From positions 256,001 through 320,000 of the forward strand of contig CAWGJT010000012.1 of the NCBI GenBank assembly GCA_963822965.1: a stretch of 64,000 nt of DNA, written 5' to 3'. A model generated the notes under the pieces. That model saw nothing but the letters and a program-made list of their open reading frames with translations. It searched no databases and was not told the origin of the DNA. Made by a program: the position numbers and the translations under genes. Shown here one piece after another: positions 38,695 to 49,410 of this stretch; positions within the stretch are counted from its first letter, which is position 1; the number at the start of each line of letters is the position of its first letter. This DNA comes from an uncultured delta proteobacterium. Lineage in GTDB: Bacteria; Myxococcota_A; UBA9160; UBA4427.

Positions 38695-39594
38695 TCAGTC
38701 CCGGAGACGCCGAGCCAGGTCTCCGTAGGCGTCGATCCGTCGGTCCCGCAGGAACGGCCAGTGGCGACGCACCCGCTCGACGGCCCCGAGGTCGCAGTCC
38801 ACCACCAGCACCTCCGGCTCTTCCGCCGAGGCCCGTGCCAGCAGGCGGCCGAACGGGTCGGCGACGAACGACTGGCCCCAGAAGCGGATGCCGCCCTCTC
38901 GACCCACCCGGTTGACCGCGACCACGAAGACGCCGTTGGCGATCGCGTGTCCGCGCTGCACCGTCTCCCAGGCATCGTGCTGTGCGGCGTCCTCCTCGGG
39001 GCCTTCGTCGAACTGCCAGCCGATGGCCGTCGGGTAGAGGAGGATGCGGGCGCCGGCGAGGGAGACGAGACGGGCGGCCTCCGGGAACCACTGGTCCCAG
39101 CACACCAGCGCGCCGATCCGCCCGCAACGCGTGTCGTGCGCCAGGAAGCCCCGATCACCCGGCGTGAAGTAGAACTTCTCGTTGTAGAGCGGGTCGTCCG
39201 GGATGTGCATCTTGCGGTAGAGCTCGAGCAGGCGACCGTCGGCGTCGATGGTGACCGCCGTGTTGTGGTAGACGCCCTCGCCCCGCCGCTCGAAGAGGGT
39301 GGTGACGACCACCACGCCGCGCGCCGCGGCGACCTTGCCGAGCGCCTCGGTGCTCGGCCCGGGAATCGGCTCCGCGAGGTCGAAGCGGGCGGGCTCCTGG
39401 CCCTGGCACAGGTACTCCGAGCGGTACAGCTCGGGCAGGCAGACGAGGCCCGCCCCGCGGTCGGCCGCCTCCTCGATGCCCGCGAGCGCCCGGGCGACGT
39501 TCTCGTCGGGATCGGGCGAGCAGCGCATCTGGACCAGCCCGACGCGCAGGATGGCGTCCTCGACGGGGGTCTTCTTCTCGGCGGAGCCTGCCAT
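38695..39594 (-). CDS. aguB: carbon-nitrogen hydrolase, N-carbamoylputrescine amidase
   Basis: CLPELY, YRKMHIPDDPLYNEKFYFTPGD, VCWDQWFPEAAR, WPFLRDRRIDAY; adjacent to aguA. Confidence 0.9.
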   Translation of the reverse strand: MAGSAEKKTPVEDAILRVGLVQMRCSPDPDENVARALAGIEEAADRGAGLVCLPELYRSEYLCQGQEPARFDLAEPIPGPSTEALGKVAAARGVVVVTTLFERRGEGVYHNTAVTIDADGRLLELYRKMHIPDDPLYNEKFYFTPGDRGFLAHDTRCGRIGALVCWDQWFPEAARLVSLAGARILLYPTAIGWQFDEGPEEDAAQHDAWETVQRGHAIANGVFVVAVNRVGREGGIRFWGQSFVADPFGRLLARASAEEPEVLVVDCDLGAVERVRRHWPFLRDRRIDAYGDLARRLRD

Positions 39595-39694
39595 CGCGCC
39601 TCTGTAGGTCAGCGCGAATCCCCGTGCAAGCCGTGACCGCCGCTGTCACGGGTCCCCGGGAAGCTCCGCCCAGAGCCCGATGGGAGGCACCCGG

Positions 39695-40017
39695 ATGAGC
39701 GAGACGAGAACGAGAGAGACGAGGACGAGAGGGACGAGAACGAGAGGGACGAGAGAGACGACCCGGACCGAGCGGGCGGGGAGGCCCTCGCTGGACGCCC
39801 CGGGGCCTGCCAGACTCGTGGCCTGGCTGGACAGCTCGATGTGGCTCGCCCTGCTGACGGTCTTGTGCGTCCAGGGAGTGGGTCTCGCGGTGTATGGCGC
39901 CGCGCGAGCGGCCGCCAGCGCGGGTCCCCGGGTGACGGCCCCGGAAGCGAGGCCCCGGGCGGAAGCAGAAGAAGAAGCAGGCCAACGGGGGATCTTGAGG
40001 CTTGGCGAGATCGATGA
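39695..40017 (+). CDS. small single-pass membrane protein (end assumes one missing G at 39987-39991)
   Basis: GGAGG RBS; MSETRTRETRTR...WLALLTVLCVQGVGLAVYG TM segment. With the extra G the stop overlaps the NYN start as ATGA; as written the ORF runs to 40120. Confidence 0.45.
39701..39760 (+). repeat. purine-rich 15-bp repeat x4 (ETRTR/GTRTR)
   Basis: gagacgagaacgaga, gagacgaggacgaga, gggacgagaacgaga, gggacgagagagacg. Confidence 0.75.
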
Positions 40018-40601
40018 GATCGCTCTGGCTCGTGGACGCATACAATGTTCTACGGGTGAATCTCGCGAATGTCCTCCCGGTGAATCTCGCGAGCGCCGCG
40101 TCGCCCGGGCCGGCGGGTGACGAGCCGGAGCCGGCCTCCGGGCCGAGCGACGAATCGGAGCCGGCGCCGAAGGCCCCGACGAGCTGGTGGCGAGGCGATC
40201 GGCGCAGCCTGCTGGCCGGGCTCGCGGCCGGGCTTGCGGAGCCGGAGGCGGAGATCTTCCTGGTCTTCGACGCCCGCCACCTCGAGCGGGCGGAGGAGCG
40301 GCTCCCGCCCGAAGGGCGGCCATCCGGGAGCGGCGACGACGAAGGCAGCGACGACGAGAAGAAGGAGCGGCCGCGGGTCCGCATCGTCTTCGCCCCCTCC
40401 GCGGACGACTGGATCGTCGAATCGCTGAGGCGACGGAAGGACGAGGCGACGGTCGTGCGGGTCGTGACCGCGGATCGCCCCCTGGCCAACCGGGCCCGAA
40501 GACTGGGAGCCGAGATCGTCGCCACCGATCGCTTCCTGGCGCTCTGCGGCTTCACGCGAAACCCGTCGCCGCCGGAGCCCGGGTCGCGAGCCGCGGACTG
40601 A
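40014..40601 (+). CDS. NYN domain (YacP/Rae1-like PIN-fold) ribonuclease
   Basis: LVDAYNV, LVFDA, SADDWI, VVTADRPLANRARRLGA; acidic low-complexity inserts. Confidence 0.8.
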   Translation: MRSLWLVDAYNVLRVNLANVLPVNLASAASPGPAGDEPEPASGPSDESEPAPKAPTSWWRGDRRSLLAGLAAGLAEPEAEIFLVFDARHLERAEERLPPEGRPSGSGDDEGSDDEKKERPRVRIVFAPSADDWIVESLRRRKDEATVVRVVTADRPLANRARRLGAEIVATDRFLALCGFTRNPSPPEPGSRAAD

Positions 40602-40689
40602 GCCGGCCGCGGCGGGCCCGATGAGCGCGGAAGCGGAAAAAGGCGCGGGACGCGGGATACAGGCGCGGAAGCGGCCGTGAGAAGCGGCC

Positions 40690-41691
40690 CTACTCCCGAC
40701 CCGGGCTCGCCGGAAACGGATTGGCCTGGTGGGGCAGCCGGTCGCCCGCGAGACCCGCCAGCAGGTTCGCCACGGCCAACGACGCCATTCGCCGGCGGGT
40801 GGCCACGCTGGCGCTGCCGATGTGCGGCGTCAGAACGAGGTTTGGCGCTTGCAGGAGCGGGCTCTCGGAGGAGAGCGGCTCCTCTTCGAACACGTCCAGC
40901 GCGGCGGCCGCCAGACGACCGCCCGCCAGGGCCTCCGCAAGGGCGGCCTCGTCGACGAGACCACCTCGGGCGGTATTGACGAGCACCGCGCCGGGCTTCA
41001 GCGCGCGGATCCGCTCGGCGTCGAGCAGGCCCCGCGTCTCGGGCGTCAGGGCGACGTGAACGCTCACGAAGTCCGAGCGACGCAGCGCGTCGTCGAGGGT
41101 CACGCTCTCGACCTGCGGTACCGGACGCCCGGACCGCGTCCATCCGAGCACGCGCATGCCGAAGCCGTGGGCGCGGCGGGCAACGGCCTGTCCGATGGCG
41201 CCGAGCCCGATCACCCCCAGGGTGGCTCCGTGCAGGTCCACTCCCAGCAGCATGTCGGGCGCCCAGCGGCGGTCCAGGGTCCAGAGCCCTTCCCGAACGA
41301 ATCGATCTGCCTCGGGAATCCGGCGCGCGGCGGCCAGCATGAGAGCCAGGGTCAGGTCCGCGGTGGTCTCCGCGAGCACGCCGGGCGTGTGGCCCACTGG
41401 AATGCGCCGTGCGGTCGCGGCCTCCAGATCGATGTGATCGACCCCCACGGACATGCTGGAGATCACGCGCAGGCCCGGGCTCGCGTCGAGGAGGGCGCGA
41501 TCGACGCGATCCGTGAGCAGGCACAGCAGTCCTTCGCAGCCCTTCACGGCCTCGCGCAGCGCATCGGGCGACGGTGGGTGCTCTTCGCTCCAGATGTGGG
41601 CTCGGACGCGGTCGAGAAGCGGGCCGAGCGGGTCGGGCCGTCCCAGCCCGGCGAGAGATCGGGTGACGAACACCCGCGGTACCTGACTCAA
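40690..41691 (-). CDS. D-glycerate dehydrogenase / glyoxylate reductase
   Basis: RVFVTR, SVGVDHID, HTPGVLAETTAD, GLGAIG, VNTARG, LDVFEEEP, TPHIGSAS. TTG start assumed. Confidence 0.92.
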   Translation of the reverse strand: MSQVPRVFVTRSLAGLGRPDPLGPLLDRVRAHIWSEEHPPSPDALREAVKGCEGLLCLLTDRVDRALLDASPGLRVISSMSVGVDHIDLEAATARRIPVGHTPGVLAETTADLTLALMLAAARRIPEADRFVREGLWTLDRRWAPDMLLGVDLHGATLGVIGLGAIGQAVARRAHGFGMRVLGWTRSGRPVPQVESVTLDDALRRSDFVSVHVALTPETRGLLDAERIRALKPGAVLVNTARGGLVDEAALAEALAGGRLAAAALDVFEEEPLSSESPLLQAPNLVLTPHIGSASVATRRRMASLAVANLLAGLAGDRLPHQANPFPASPGRE

Positions 41692-41945
41692 GGTCGCCCC
41701 CTGGCCCGGATGGCTCGGGCTGCCGTGTTCGTTCCGACGGGCCCGCCGACCCTCTGCGCGAAGCTTGACCTGAGGGGGCACATCGAAATAAGGTTGCGCC
41801 CCTGCGAGCCTCGGCTCGCCTGGTCCGGCCGAGTCGCCCGCGTCCTCTCCATCCGTGAATCGATCCGTGAATCGACCCGCGGGAGGCCGGTGTCTCCTGT
41901 GGACTGTCTCGCCATCGTATCCGCGGATTCTACAAAGAGGACGGC

Positions 41946-44900
41946 ATGTCAGAAGCGCCCCCCCCCAAGCGACGGAATCGGCCACCCTCAGGTTCGCCCG
42001 GGGCGTCGTCAGACACCGCGCAGTGGTCGCGGCCCTCCTGTTCGTCTCCACGTCGTTCTTCTTCTATCCGATCCTGAACGGGGCGCTGGCGGCCTTCGAC
42101 GCGCGGCTCCCGGGCCCCGTCGTCCGCATCGACACCGAGGCCCGTGCCCAGTGGCCGGACCACCCGTTCATCCACGCCCAGGACAAGTTCGCCTCGAAGT
42201 TCGGCGGATCCGCGACGGTGGCCGTGGGCGTGGTCGTCAAGGACGGGACCATCTTCACGCCGGAGACGATCGCCAAGATCCACCGGATCACCCGCCGCCT
42301 CGACGGCATCGGCTACGACAGCCACACCGAGGAGCGGGACGAGCTTCGCGAGAAGTGGGAGGACGAGGGCGTCCTCACGCCGAAGCAGATCCAGAAGGAG
42401 CTCGACCGGCTCTACCCGCCCTACCCGGTGAACCACTACCGGATCATGTCGGTCACCCACAACAGCACCCGCGTCGTCCAGATCGAGTCCTCGGGCGACA
42501 TCGAGACCAGCGTGCTGGTGAAGAAGCTGCCGAAGACCCAGGAGGAGGCGGACAAGATCGGCGACCTCGTCCGCCAGAACCCGCCCTTCATCTACGGCCG
42601 CCTCGTCTCTCTGGACCAGAAGGGGGCCCTGATCACCGCGGGCTTCATCACCGACCGCCTGAGCACGCGCGAGACCTACATGGCGGTGTTCGACTTCGTC
42701 CAGCAGATCAAGCACGACGAGCAGGACGACAACACGACGATCTACGTCTCGGGCGTGCCGATCCTCGTCGGCTGGATCTACGTGCACGCGTTCGAGATCG
42801 CCCTCTTCGTCGTGCTCACGATCATCATGATCTTCGTGCTGCTGTGGCTCTACTTCCGGCGCTGGCACGGCGTGTTGATTCCCTTCGTCGCGGCGATCGC
42901 GACCGTGATCTGGGGCCTCGGCTTCACGGGCTGGGTCGGGATCGCCTTCGACCCCCTCATCCTGGTGATCCCCACGATCATCACGGCTCGCGCCATCTCG
43001 CACACCGTCCAGATGGCCGAGCGCTTCTTCGAGGACTACGAGGTCCTGCTGCCCGCCATGGGCGACCCGAACGCGGCGAAGATCGAGGCGGCCACGGTCG
43101 CCATGAGCGAGCTGATCGTGCCCGGCACCCTCGGCATCATCACGGACGTCGCGGGCCTGCTCGTGATCCTGGTGACCTCGATCCCGCAGATGCGGGACCT
43201 GGGCATCTTCGGCGCCTTCTGGGTCTCCTCGATCCTCGTCACCGTGGAGATCCTGCACCCGGTACTGATCTGCTACCTGCCCGCGCCCGCGGAGCACGAG
43301 CACTTCCTGCCGGGCTTCATGATCCGCTTCACGAGCTTCATCGGATGGCTCACCACCCACAAGACCTACAAGTGGGTGATCGCCGTGACGACCGTCTTCC
43401 TGCTCACGAGCTCCACCTACGTCACGCTCTTCCACTCCCAGATCGGCGAAGCGCGGCCGGGAACGCCGCTGCTCTTCCCCGACCACGAGTTCAACGTCGC
43501 CACGGCCCACATCGCCCAGCGCTTCGGCGGGATCGACACCTTCGTGATCTACCTGGAGGGCGACAAGGAGAAGGCGGCCGGCGACCCCACGCCGGTCCGG
43601 CGCATGGAGAAGTTCGAGCGCTGGATGGGCCTGCACACCGATCTGGGCGCCACCATCTCGTTGGTGCCGATCCTCCGGGCTTCGTGGCGCATCAACCACT
43701 ACGGCGACCCGAAGTGGGGCTTCATCTCGGAAGAGCAAGCCACCGTGCGCCAGCAGATCTACCAGCTCCGCACGAACGGCGCCCCGGGCGCGCTGCGTCC
43801 CTTCATCACCGAGGACGGCAAGGACGCCAACGTCGCCTTCCTCTATCGAGACCACAAGGGCGAGACCATCCGCAAGGCGGTCATGGCCGCCAGCGAGTTC
43901 ATCCGTCGCAATCCGATCGGGCAGGTCATCGTCCGCTACGAGAAGGACCGGGGTCTGCCGGGTCAGAGCCCGTTTTCGTACGACAAGCTGATGGACACCT
44001 GGTACTACATGCTCGGGCCGCTGCTCCCCGCCCGTCACCACATGCTGACGGTGCAGATCCGACAGGAGGACGGCACCTACGTCCACGACCAGGTGAACGA
44101 GTTCACGTCGGTGGACGCGCTGCCCGAATGGATGGACGACTTCCGGGAGCGCGCGATCTCCGACTACGAGGAGCAGCGGGACTCGGTCGAGGAAGGCGAC
44201 TTCTTCAGCTGGCCGGACGACCTGGCAGACTGGACCCTCGACGACGTCGACTACTGGTGGGAGAGCGACGAGTACGGCATCCGCGCCGTCGGGGTCGACA
44301 CCACGAACCTGATCGTCGAGGACCTGAAGCAGGTGGATGGGGTGCCCGCCTACCAGGCCACCCAGTCCTGGACCCGGGGCGTCCAGTTCGTGATGGCCGG
44401 CGGCCTGATGGGCATCCTGGCGGCCGTCGACGACGAGGTGGAGCGGAGTCACGTCGCCAACATCGTCCTGATCTTCCTGGTGATCTTCGTGCTCCACTCG
44501 GTCACCTATCAGTCGATGCCGAGCGGCGCGATCATCCTGTTGCAGATCGCCACGGCGACGATGCTCTCGCTCGCCTACATGGCGCTGATCGGGATGGGGC
44601 TCAACATCAACACCCTCCCCGTCCAATCCGTGGGCGTCGGAATCGGGGTCGACTACGCGATATACATCGTCGATCGGATAAGACACGAGGTGGTCGACAC
44701 CGAAGACATCGACGAGGCCATCCGGCGCGCCATCCGGACCACGGGCATGGCGGTGACCTTCACGGCGACCACCATCGTGGGCGGCATCGTGCTGTGGACC
44801 TTCTCGAACCTGCGCTTCCAGGCCGACATGGCGCAGCTGCTCTCGATCCTGATGGTGATCAACATGCTCGGCGCCATCACGGTCGTGCCCGCGTTCTACT

Positions 44901-45004
44901 CGATCGTCCGCCCGAAGGTGGCCACGGCGCTGCTCACGGAGGACCAGCGCGCCGCGATCCAGCGACAGAAGGCGGTGGAGCGCGCGAAGGGCCTGATCGA
45001 CTGA
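41946..45004 (+). CDS. MMPL/RND (HAE3-like) family transporter; the ATG at 41946 is out of frame by one base at the C9 tract
   Basis: Two TM bundles (FDPLILVIPTIITARAISHTVQ; GVGIGVDYAIY), DHKGETI. AGAGGA RBS precedes ATG 41946. Confidence 0.9.
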
Positions 45005-45040
45005 CGGCGTCCCGGACCGGTCGGCTCCCTCGCCCCGGGC

Positions 45041-45799
45041 TCACTCGCCGAGGGAGCCGACGTAGCCCGGACCGCCCAGCATCTCCATCTGCGAGACGAT
45101 CCAATCGGCGCGCGACCGCACGTAGTCCGAGGGATCGTCGGCGCGGAGCCGCACCGGGTTGGGAAGCACCGCAGCCAGGATCGCGGCTTCGCGCCGGCTC
45201 AGGGAGCGCGCCGGCTTGCCGAAGAAGGTCCGGCTCGCGGCCTCGATGCCGAACACGTTCTCGCCGAACTGCGCCACGTTGAGATACACCTCGAGCACGC
45301 GCTGCTTCGGCCAGCAGGCTTCGATCCACACCGTGAACCAGGCCTCGAGCGCCTTGCGCACGAGGCTCTTGCCCGGCCACAGGAACAGGTTCTTGGCGAC
45401 CTGCTGGGAGATGGTGCTGGCCCCCCGCCGCCGGCCCGAGGTGATGCGCTCCTCGACCGCTTCGGCGATGGAGCCGAGATCGAAGCCCGCGTGCTCCGGG
45501 AAGCGCTGGTCCTCCGCGGCCACCACCGCGAGGCGCGCCCAGGGCGAGATGCCCTTCCAGTCGACCCATTCGTGGCGCAGGGGACGGCCCGGTCGGCCGC
45601 CGCGCGACCCGTACACGTGCTCGAGCATGAACGCGGTCGTCGGCGGATCGATCCACCGCAGGCTGGCCGTCACCGCGACGCTGGCGGCGACCGCGCCGAG
45701 CACGATTGCGGCGACGCACCGCCGGAGGCGACGGAGCCGACCCGGCTTCGGGCGGCGCCCCCAACGCCAGGCCCGCGGACGCATCGAGAAGCGGAACAT
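45041..45799 (-). CDS. mtgA: monofunctional peptidoglycan transglycosylase
   Basis: AAEDQRFPEHAGFD, RGASTISQQVAKNLFLW, RKALEA, KQRVLEVYLN, AAVLPNP. Confidence 0.95.
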   Translation of the reverse strand: MFRFSMRPRAWRWGRRPKPGRLRRLRRCVAAIVLGAVAASVAVTASLRWIDPPTTAFMLEHVYGSRGGRPGRPLRHEWVDWKGISPWARLAVVAAEDQRFPEHAGFDLGSIAEAVEERITSGRRRGASTISQQVAKNLFLWPGKSLVRKALEAWFTVWIEACWPKQRVLEVYLNVAQFGENVFGIEAASRTFFGKPARSLSRREAAILAAVLPNPVRLRADDPSDYVRSRADWIVSQMEMLGGPGYVGSLGE

Positions 45800-45912
45800 G
45801 CCTTCTCCCGTCGGTCCCGCGGCCTCGGAGCTCGAGCTCCTTCCCCGGCGTCGAGACCGCAACCGTGTTTAGCATCGCTCCGGAATCGACCCCTTCCCGC
45901 TACTCTGTGCCG

Positions 45913-46854
45913 ATGCCCGCCGCCGCTCCCCTCGCGCCACGCATCGCCCCGCGCGCCTTCCAGTGGAGCGTCTTCCCGCTCGTCCTCTCGGGCGCGGTCG
46001 CGTGGACGATGCACCTCATGGCGACCGGGTTGCCGGCTCCCACCTCGATCCTGGGGCCCCAGCTCGCAGCCTTCGCCGCGGTGGCGATCCTCGAGCGCGT
46101 CCACCCCTACCACCGGAGCTGGAACCGCGCGCGTCGCGACGTGCGGGTGGATGCGACCCACAGCGTCTCGATCGCCGTGCTGATCGGGGTGCTGACGCCC
46201 TTCGTGGCGGCGGGCGGCGTGGCCGCGGCGGGCTGGCTCTCTCGGGAGCTCTCGGTCGGCCTGTGGCCGAGCGACTGGCCGCTGCTCGCGCAGACGGGAC
46301 TCGCGCTGGTGGTCGGCGAGCTGCCCGGCTACTGGGTGCACCGCGGGCAGCACCGTTGGGACGGTCTCTGGCGCTTCCACGCCACGCACCACAGCGCTCC
46401 CCGCCTCTACTGGTTGAACGCCGGTCGCTTCCACCCCATCGACAGCCTGATGACCTTCGTGCCCTCCTACGGCCTGCTCGTCGTGCTGGGATGCGGCGTC
46501 GAGGCCCTGGCGCTCTTCACGCTGGTCACCGCGGTGCACGGCATCTTCCAGCACGCCAACCTGCAGCTTCGCCTGGGCCCGCTGAACCATTTCTTCAGCA
46601 TGGCCGAGCTGCACCGCTGGCATCATTCGAAGACGGTCTCCGAGGCCAACCACAACTTCGGGCAGACGGTGATCCTGTGGGACACCCTGTTCGGAACGCG
46701 CTTCCTGCCCCGCGACCGCGAGCCGCCCGAGGAGATCGGGATTCCGGGCCTGCCGGCCTTCCCGATGACGTGGTGGGCTCAGATCCAATCCCCCTTCCGC
46801 TGGTCGCAGATCCGGCGCGCGAGCCACGAGCTCGCGGAAGAGGTCGCCCGATGA
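45913..46854 (+). CDS. sterol desaturase / fatty acid hydroxylase family protein
   Basis: His boxes YWVHRGQH, FHATHHS, FQHAN, LHRWHHS; NFG..ILWDTLFGT. Confidence 0.9.
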   Translation: MPAAAPLAPRIAPRAFQWSVFPLVLSGAVAWTMHLMATGLPAPTSILGPQLAAFAAVAILERVHPYHRSWNRARRDVRVDATHSVSIAVLIGVLTPFVAAGGVAAAGWLSRELSVGLWPSDWPLLAQTGLALVVGELPGYWVHRGQHRWDGLWRFHATHHSAPRLYWLNAGRFHPIDSLMTFVPSYGLLVVLGCGVEALALFTLVTAVHGIFQHANLQLRLGPLNHFFSMAELHRWHHSKTVSEANHNFGQTVILWDTLFGTRFLPRDREPPEEIGIPGLPAFPMTWWAQIQSPFRWSQIRRASHELAEEVAR

Positions 46855-49370
46855 CGAAGGACCCGAAGGCCCCCGGCCACGGGAAGAGACCCGCACGGCG
46901 AAAGAGCCCGCGGCGAGGGAAACGCTCGGGAGCGTCGGAGACGATCCGGCAGCCCCAGGCGACGGGGTCCCGGCAAGGCGGCCGCGCCGCCTCGGGACGG
47001 CTCGACCCCGGCGCGGTGCTCGCCGCGCTCGAAGACGCCCAGCGGCCGCTCCGCCTCGACGCGCTCTGCCGCGCGCTCGGGCTGCGCGGCGGCGAGCGGG
47101 AGCGCGAGCGGCTCGAGCGGGTCCTCGACCGGCTGGTACGCGACGGCAAGGTGATTGCCAACCGACGGGGCGCCTTCCTGCTCATCGATCGCACCTCCCT
47201 GGCCAGCGGGACGGTGCAGGGGCACTCGGACGGCTACGGCTTCGTGCTGCTGGACGAAGGCGGCGACGACGTCTTCCTCGCGCCCCGGGAGATGCGGAAG
47301 GTCTTCCACGGCGATCGGATCGCCGTGCGCATCACGCGCCGTGATCGCCGCGGCCGCCGGGAAGGCGAGGTGGCGCGGGTCCTCGAGCGCGGCGTCAGCG
47401 AGCTCGTCGGCCGCTTCCACCTGGAGCACGGCGTCTCGTTCCTGGTGCCGTCGGACCCCAAGCAGACCCAGAACCTGCTGATCCCGCCCGACGGACGACG
47501 GGGCGCCACGGACGGGCAGATCGTCGTGGCGACGATCACCGACCCGCCGACGTCGTCCAGCCAGGCCCTGGGTCGGGTGACGGAGATCCTCGGCGAGGCC
47601 ACCGATCCCGAGATGGAGATCGAGATCGCCGTCCGCGCCTTCGGCATTCCGCACAGCTGGCCCGCGGAGGTGACGCGCGAGGCCGCCGCCCTGGGGGAGA
47701 CGGTGCGCGCCGCCGACAAGCGCCAGCGCGAGGACCTGCGCGCGCTTCCCTTCGTCACGATCGACGGCGCCGACGCCCGGGACTTCGACGACGCGGTGTA
47801 CGCGGAGCGGACGCGCCGGGGCTGGCGGCTCCGGGTCGCCATCGCCGACGTGAGCCACTACGTGGCGCCGGGCTCGCCGCTGGACACGGAGGCGCTGCAT
47901 CGGGGCACGTCGGTCTACTTTCCCCGCCGCGTCGTCCCGATGCTGCCCGAAGCCCTCTCGAACGGGCTCTGCTCCCTCAATCCCGAGGTCGATCGCCTCG
48001 TCTTGGTGTGTGACATGCGTCTGGACGAGAACGGCCGGGTGAGCCGCAGCACGTTCGCGCAGGCGATCATCCGGTCGCACGCGCGTCTCACCTACGAAGG
48101 CGTGCAGGGCGTTCTGGACGGCGACCCGGAGCTCCGCACGCGCTACGAGCCCCTCGCTCCGCACCTCGAAGAGCTGCTCGCGCTCTACCGACAGCTGGCC
48201 CGGGCCCGGCGACGGCGCGGCGCCGTCGAGCTCGACCAGGCCGAGCCGCGCTTCCGCTTCGACGACGCCGGGGCGGTGATCGCCGTCGAGCCCTACCAGC
48301 GCCTGGAGACCCACCGGATCATCGAGGAGTGCATGATCGCCGCCAACGTCGAGGCGGCCCGCTACCTGCAGCGCCATCGGGTGCCCGCGCTCTACCGCGT
48401 CCACGAGGGCCCCGATCCCGACAAGATCGGCGACCTGCGCCGCACCGTGGCACTGCTGGGCTACGAGCTGGGCGGCGGCGACGCGCCCCAGCCGCGCCAT
48501 TTCGCCAAGCTGCTGCGGGACGTACAGGACAAGCCCGAAGCGCCGGTGCTCACCATCCTCGTCCTCCGCAGCCTCGCCCGTGCCGTGTACAAGCCCGAGT
48601 GCGCCGGCCACTTCGGGCTCGCGCTCGACGCGTACGCCCACTTCACCTCGCCCATCCGCCGCTACCCCGACCTGCTGGTGCATCGGGCCATCCATCACGT
48701 CCTCGCCGGGGGCAAGCCGCACGACTACGTGCACGACCCGCTGGCGATGAAGTCCATGGGCCAACGCTGCTCGGCGTCCGAGCGGCGTGCCGACGAGGCC
48801 AGCTGGGACGTGCAGGCCTGGCTCAAGTGCCGCTACATGGAGGACAAGGTGGGCGAGCGCTTCGGAGGCCGGATCACGGGCGTCGCGGACTTCGGCTTCT
48901 TCGTCCAGATCGACGACGCCCTCGTGGAGGGCCTGATCCACGTGTCCCAGCTCGCCGCCGACTACTACGAGTTCCGGCCGGAGAGCCAGGCCCTGGTGGG
49001 TCGCAGCTCCGGTCGGCGGTTCCGGCTGGGCGACCGCGTCCGTGTGCTGTGTGCCGGCGTTCGGACGAGCGAGCGCAAGATCGACTTCGCGCTCGAAGAG
49101 CACGCGGGAGAGAGCCAGCCCGAGGTCGTGCGTCCGGCGGGCGGGCGCAAGAACGCGGGCCGCAGCGCGCGCAAGGACGAAGACCTGCGCAAGACGAAGG
49201 GCGACCGCCAGACGAAGGGCGAGCGCGATACGAGAGGCGGGCGCCAGAGCAGGGGCGAGCGGAAGACCGGAAGCCGGGGTGGGCGCCAGGAGCGAAGCCA
49301 GCCCGCGCCCCGGGACGCGGGTCCGGAGGGGCGCACACCGCGCCGGCGCCGGAAGCCCCGCGAAGGCTGA
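46851..49370 (+). CDS. rnr: ribonuclease R
   Basis: GHSDGYGF, TIDGADARDFDDA, AIADVSHYV, IEECMIAAN, HFTSPIRRYPDL, S1 domain, basic C-terminal tail. Confidence 0.97.
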   Translation: MTKDPKAPGHGKRPARRKSPRRGKRSGASETIRQPQATGSRQGGRAASGRLDPGAVLAALEDAQRPLRLDALCRALGLRGGERERERLERVLDRLVRDGKVIANRRGAFLLIDRTSLASGTVQGHSDGYGFVLLDEGGDDVFLAPREMRKVFHGDRIAVRITRRDRRGRREGEVARVLERGVSELVGRFHLEHGVSFLVPSDPKQTQNLLIPPDGRRGATDGQIVVATITDPPTSSSQALGRVTEILGEATDPEMEIEIAVRAFGIPHSWPAEVTREAAALGETVRAADKRQREDLRALPFVTIDGADARDFDDAVYAERTRRGWRLRVAIADVSHYVAPGSPLDTEALHRGTSVYFPRRVVPMLPEALSNGLCSLNPEVDRLVLVCDMRLDENGRVSRSTFAQAIIRSHARLTYEGVQGVLDGDPELRTRYEPLAPHLEELLALYRQLARARRRRGAVELDQAEPRFRFDDAGAVIAVEPYQRLETHRIIEECMIAANVEAARYLQRHRVPALYRVHEGPDPDKIGDLRRTVALLGYELGGGDAPQPRHFAKLLRDVQDKPEAPVLTILVLRSLARAVYKPECAGHFGLALDAYAHFTSPIRRYPDLLVHRAIHHVLAGGKPHDYVHDPLAMKSMGQRCSASERRADEASWDVQAWLKCRYMEDKVGERFGGRITGVADFGFFVQIDDALVEGLIHVSQLAADYYEFRPESQALVGRSSGRRFRLGDRVRVLCAGVRTSERKIDFALEEHAGESQPEVVRPAGGRKNAGRSARKDEDLRKTKGDRQTKGERDTRGGRQSRGERKTGSRGGRQERSQPAPRDAGPEGRTPRRRRKPREG

Positions 49371-49410
49371 GCCGCACCGGTCCCGGCTGAGCCGTCCCCG
49401 CCGACTCGGC

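Noticed and set aside
40729..45282. 1517-aa plus-strand ORF
   Set aside because: Off-frame shadow of the MMPL gene and antisense to the glyoxylate reductase.
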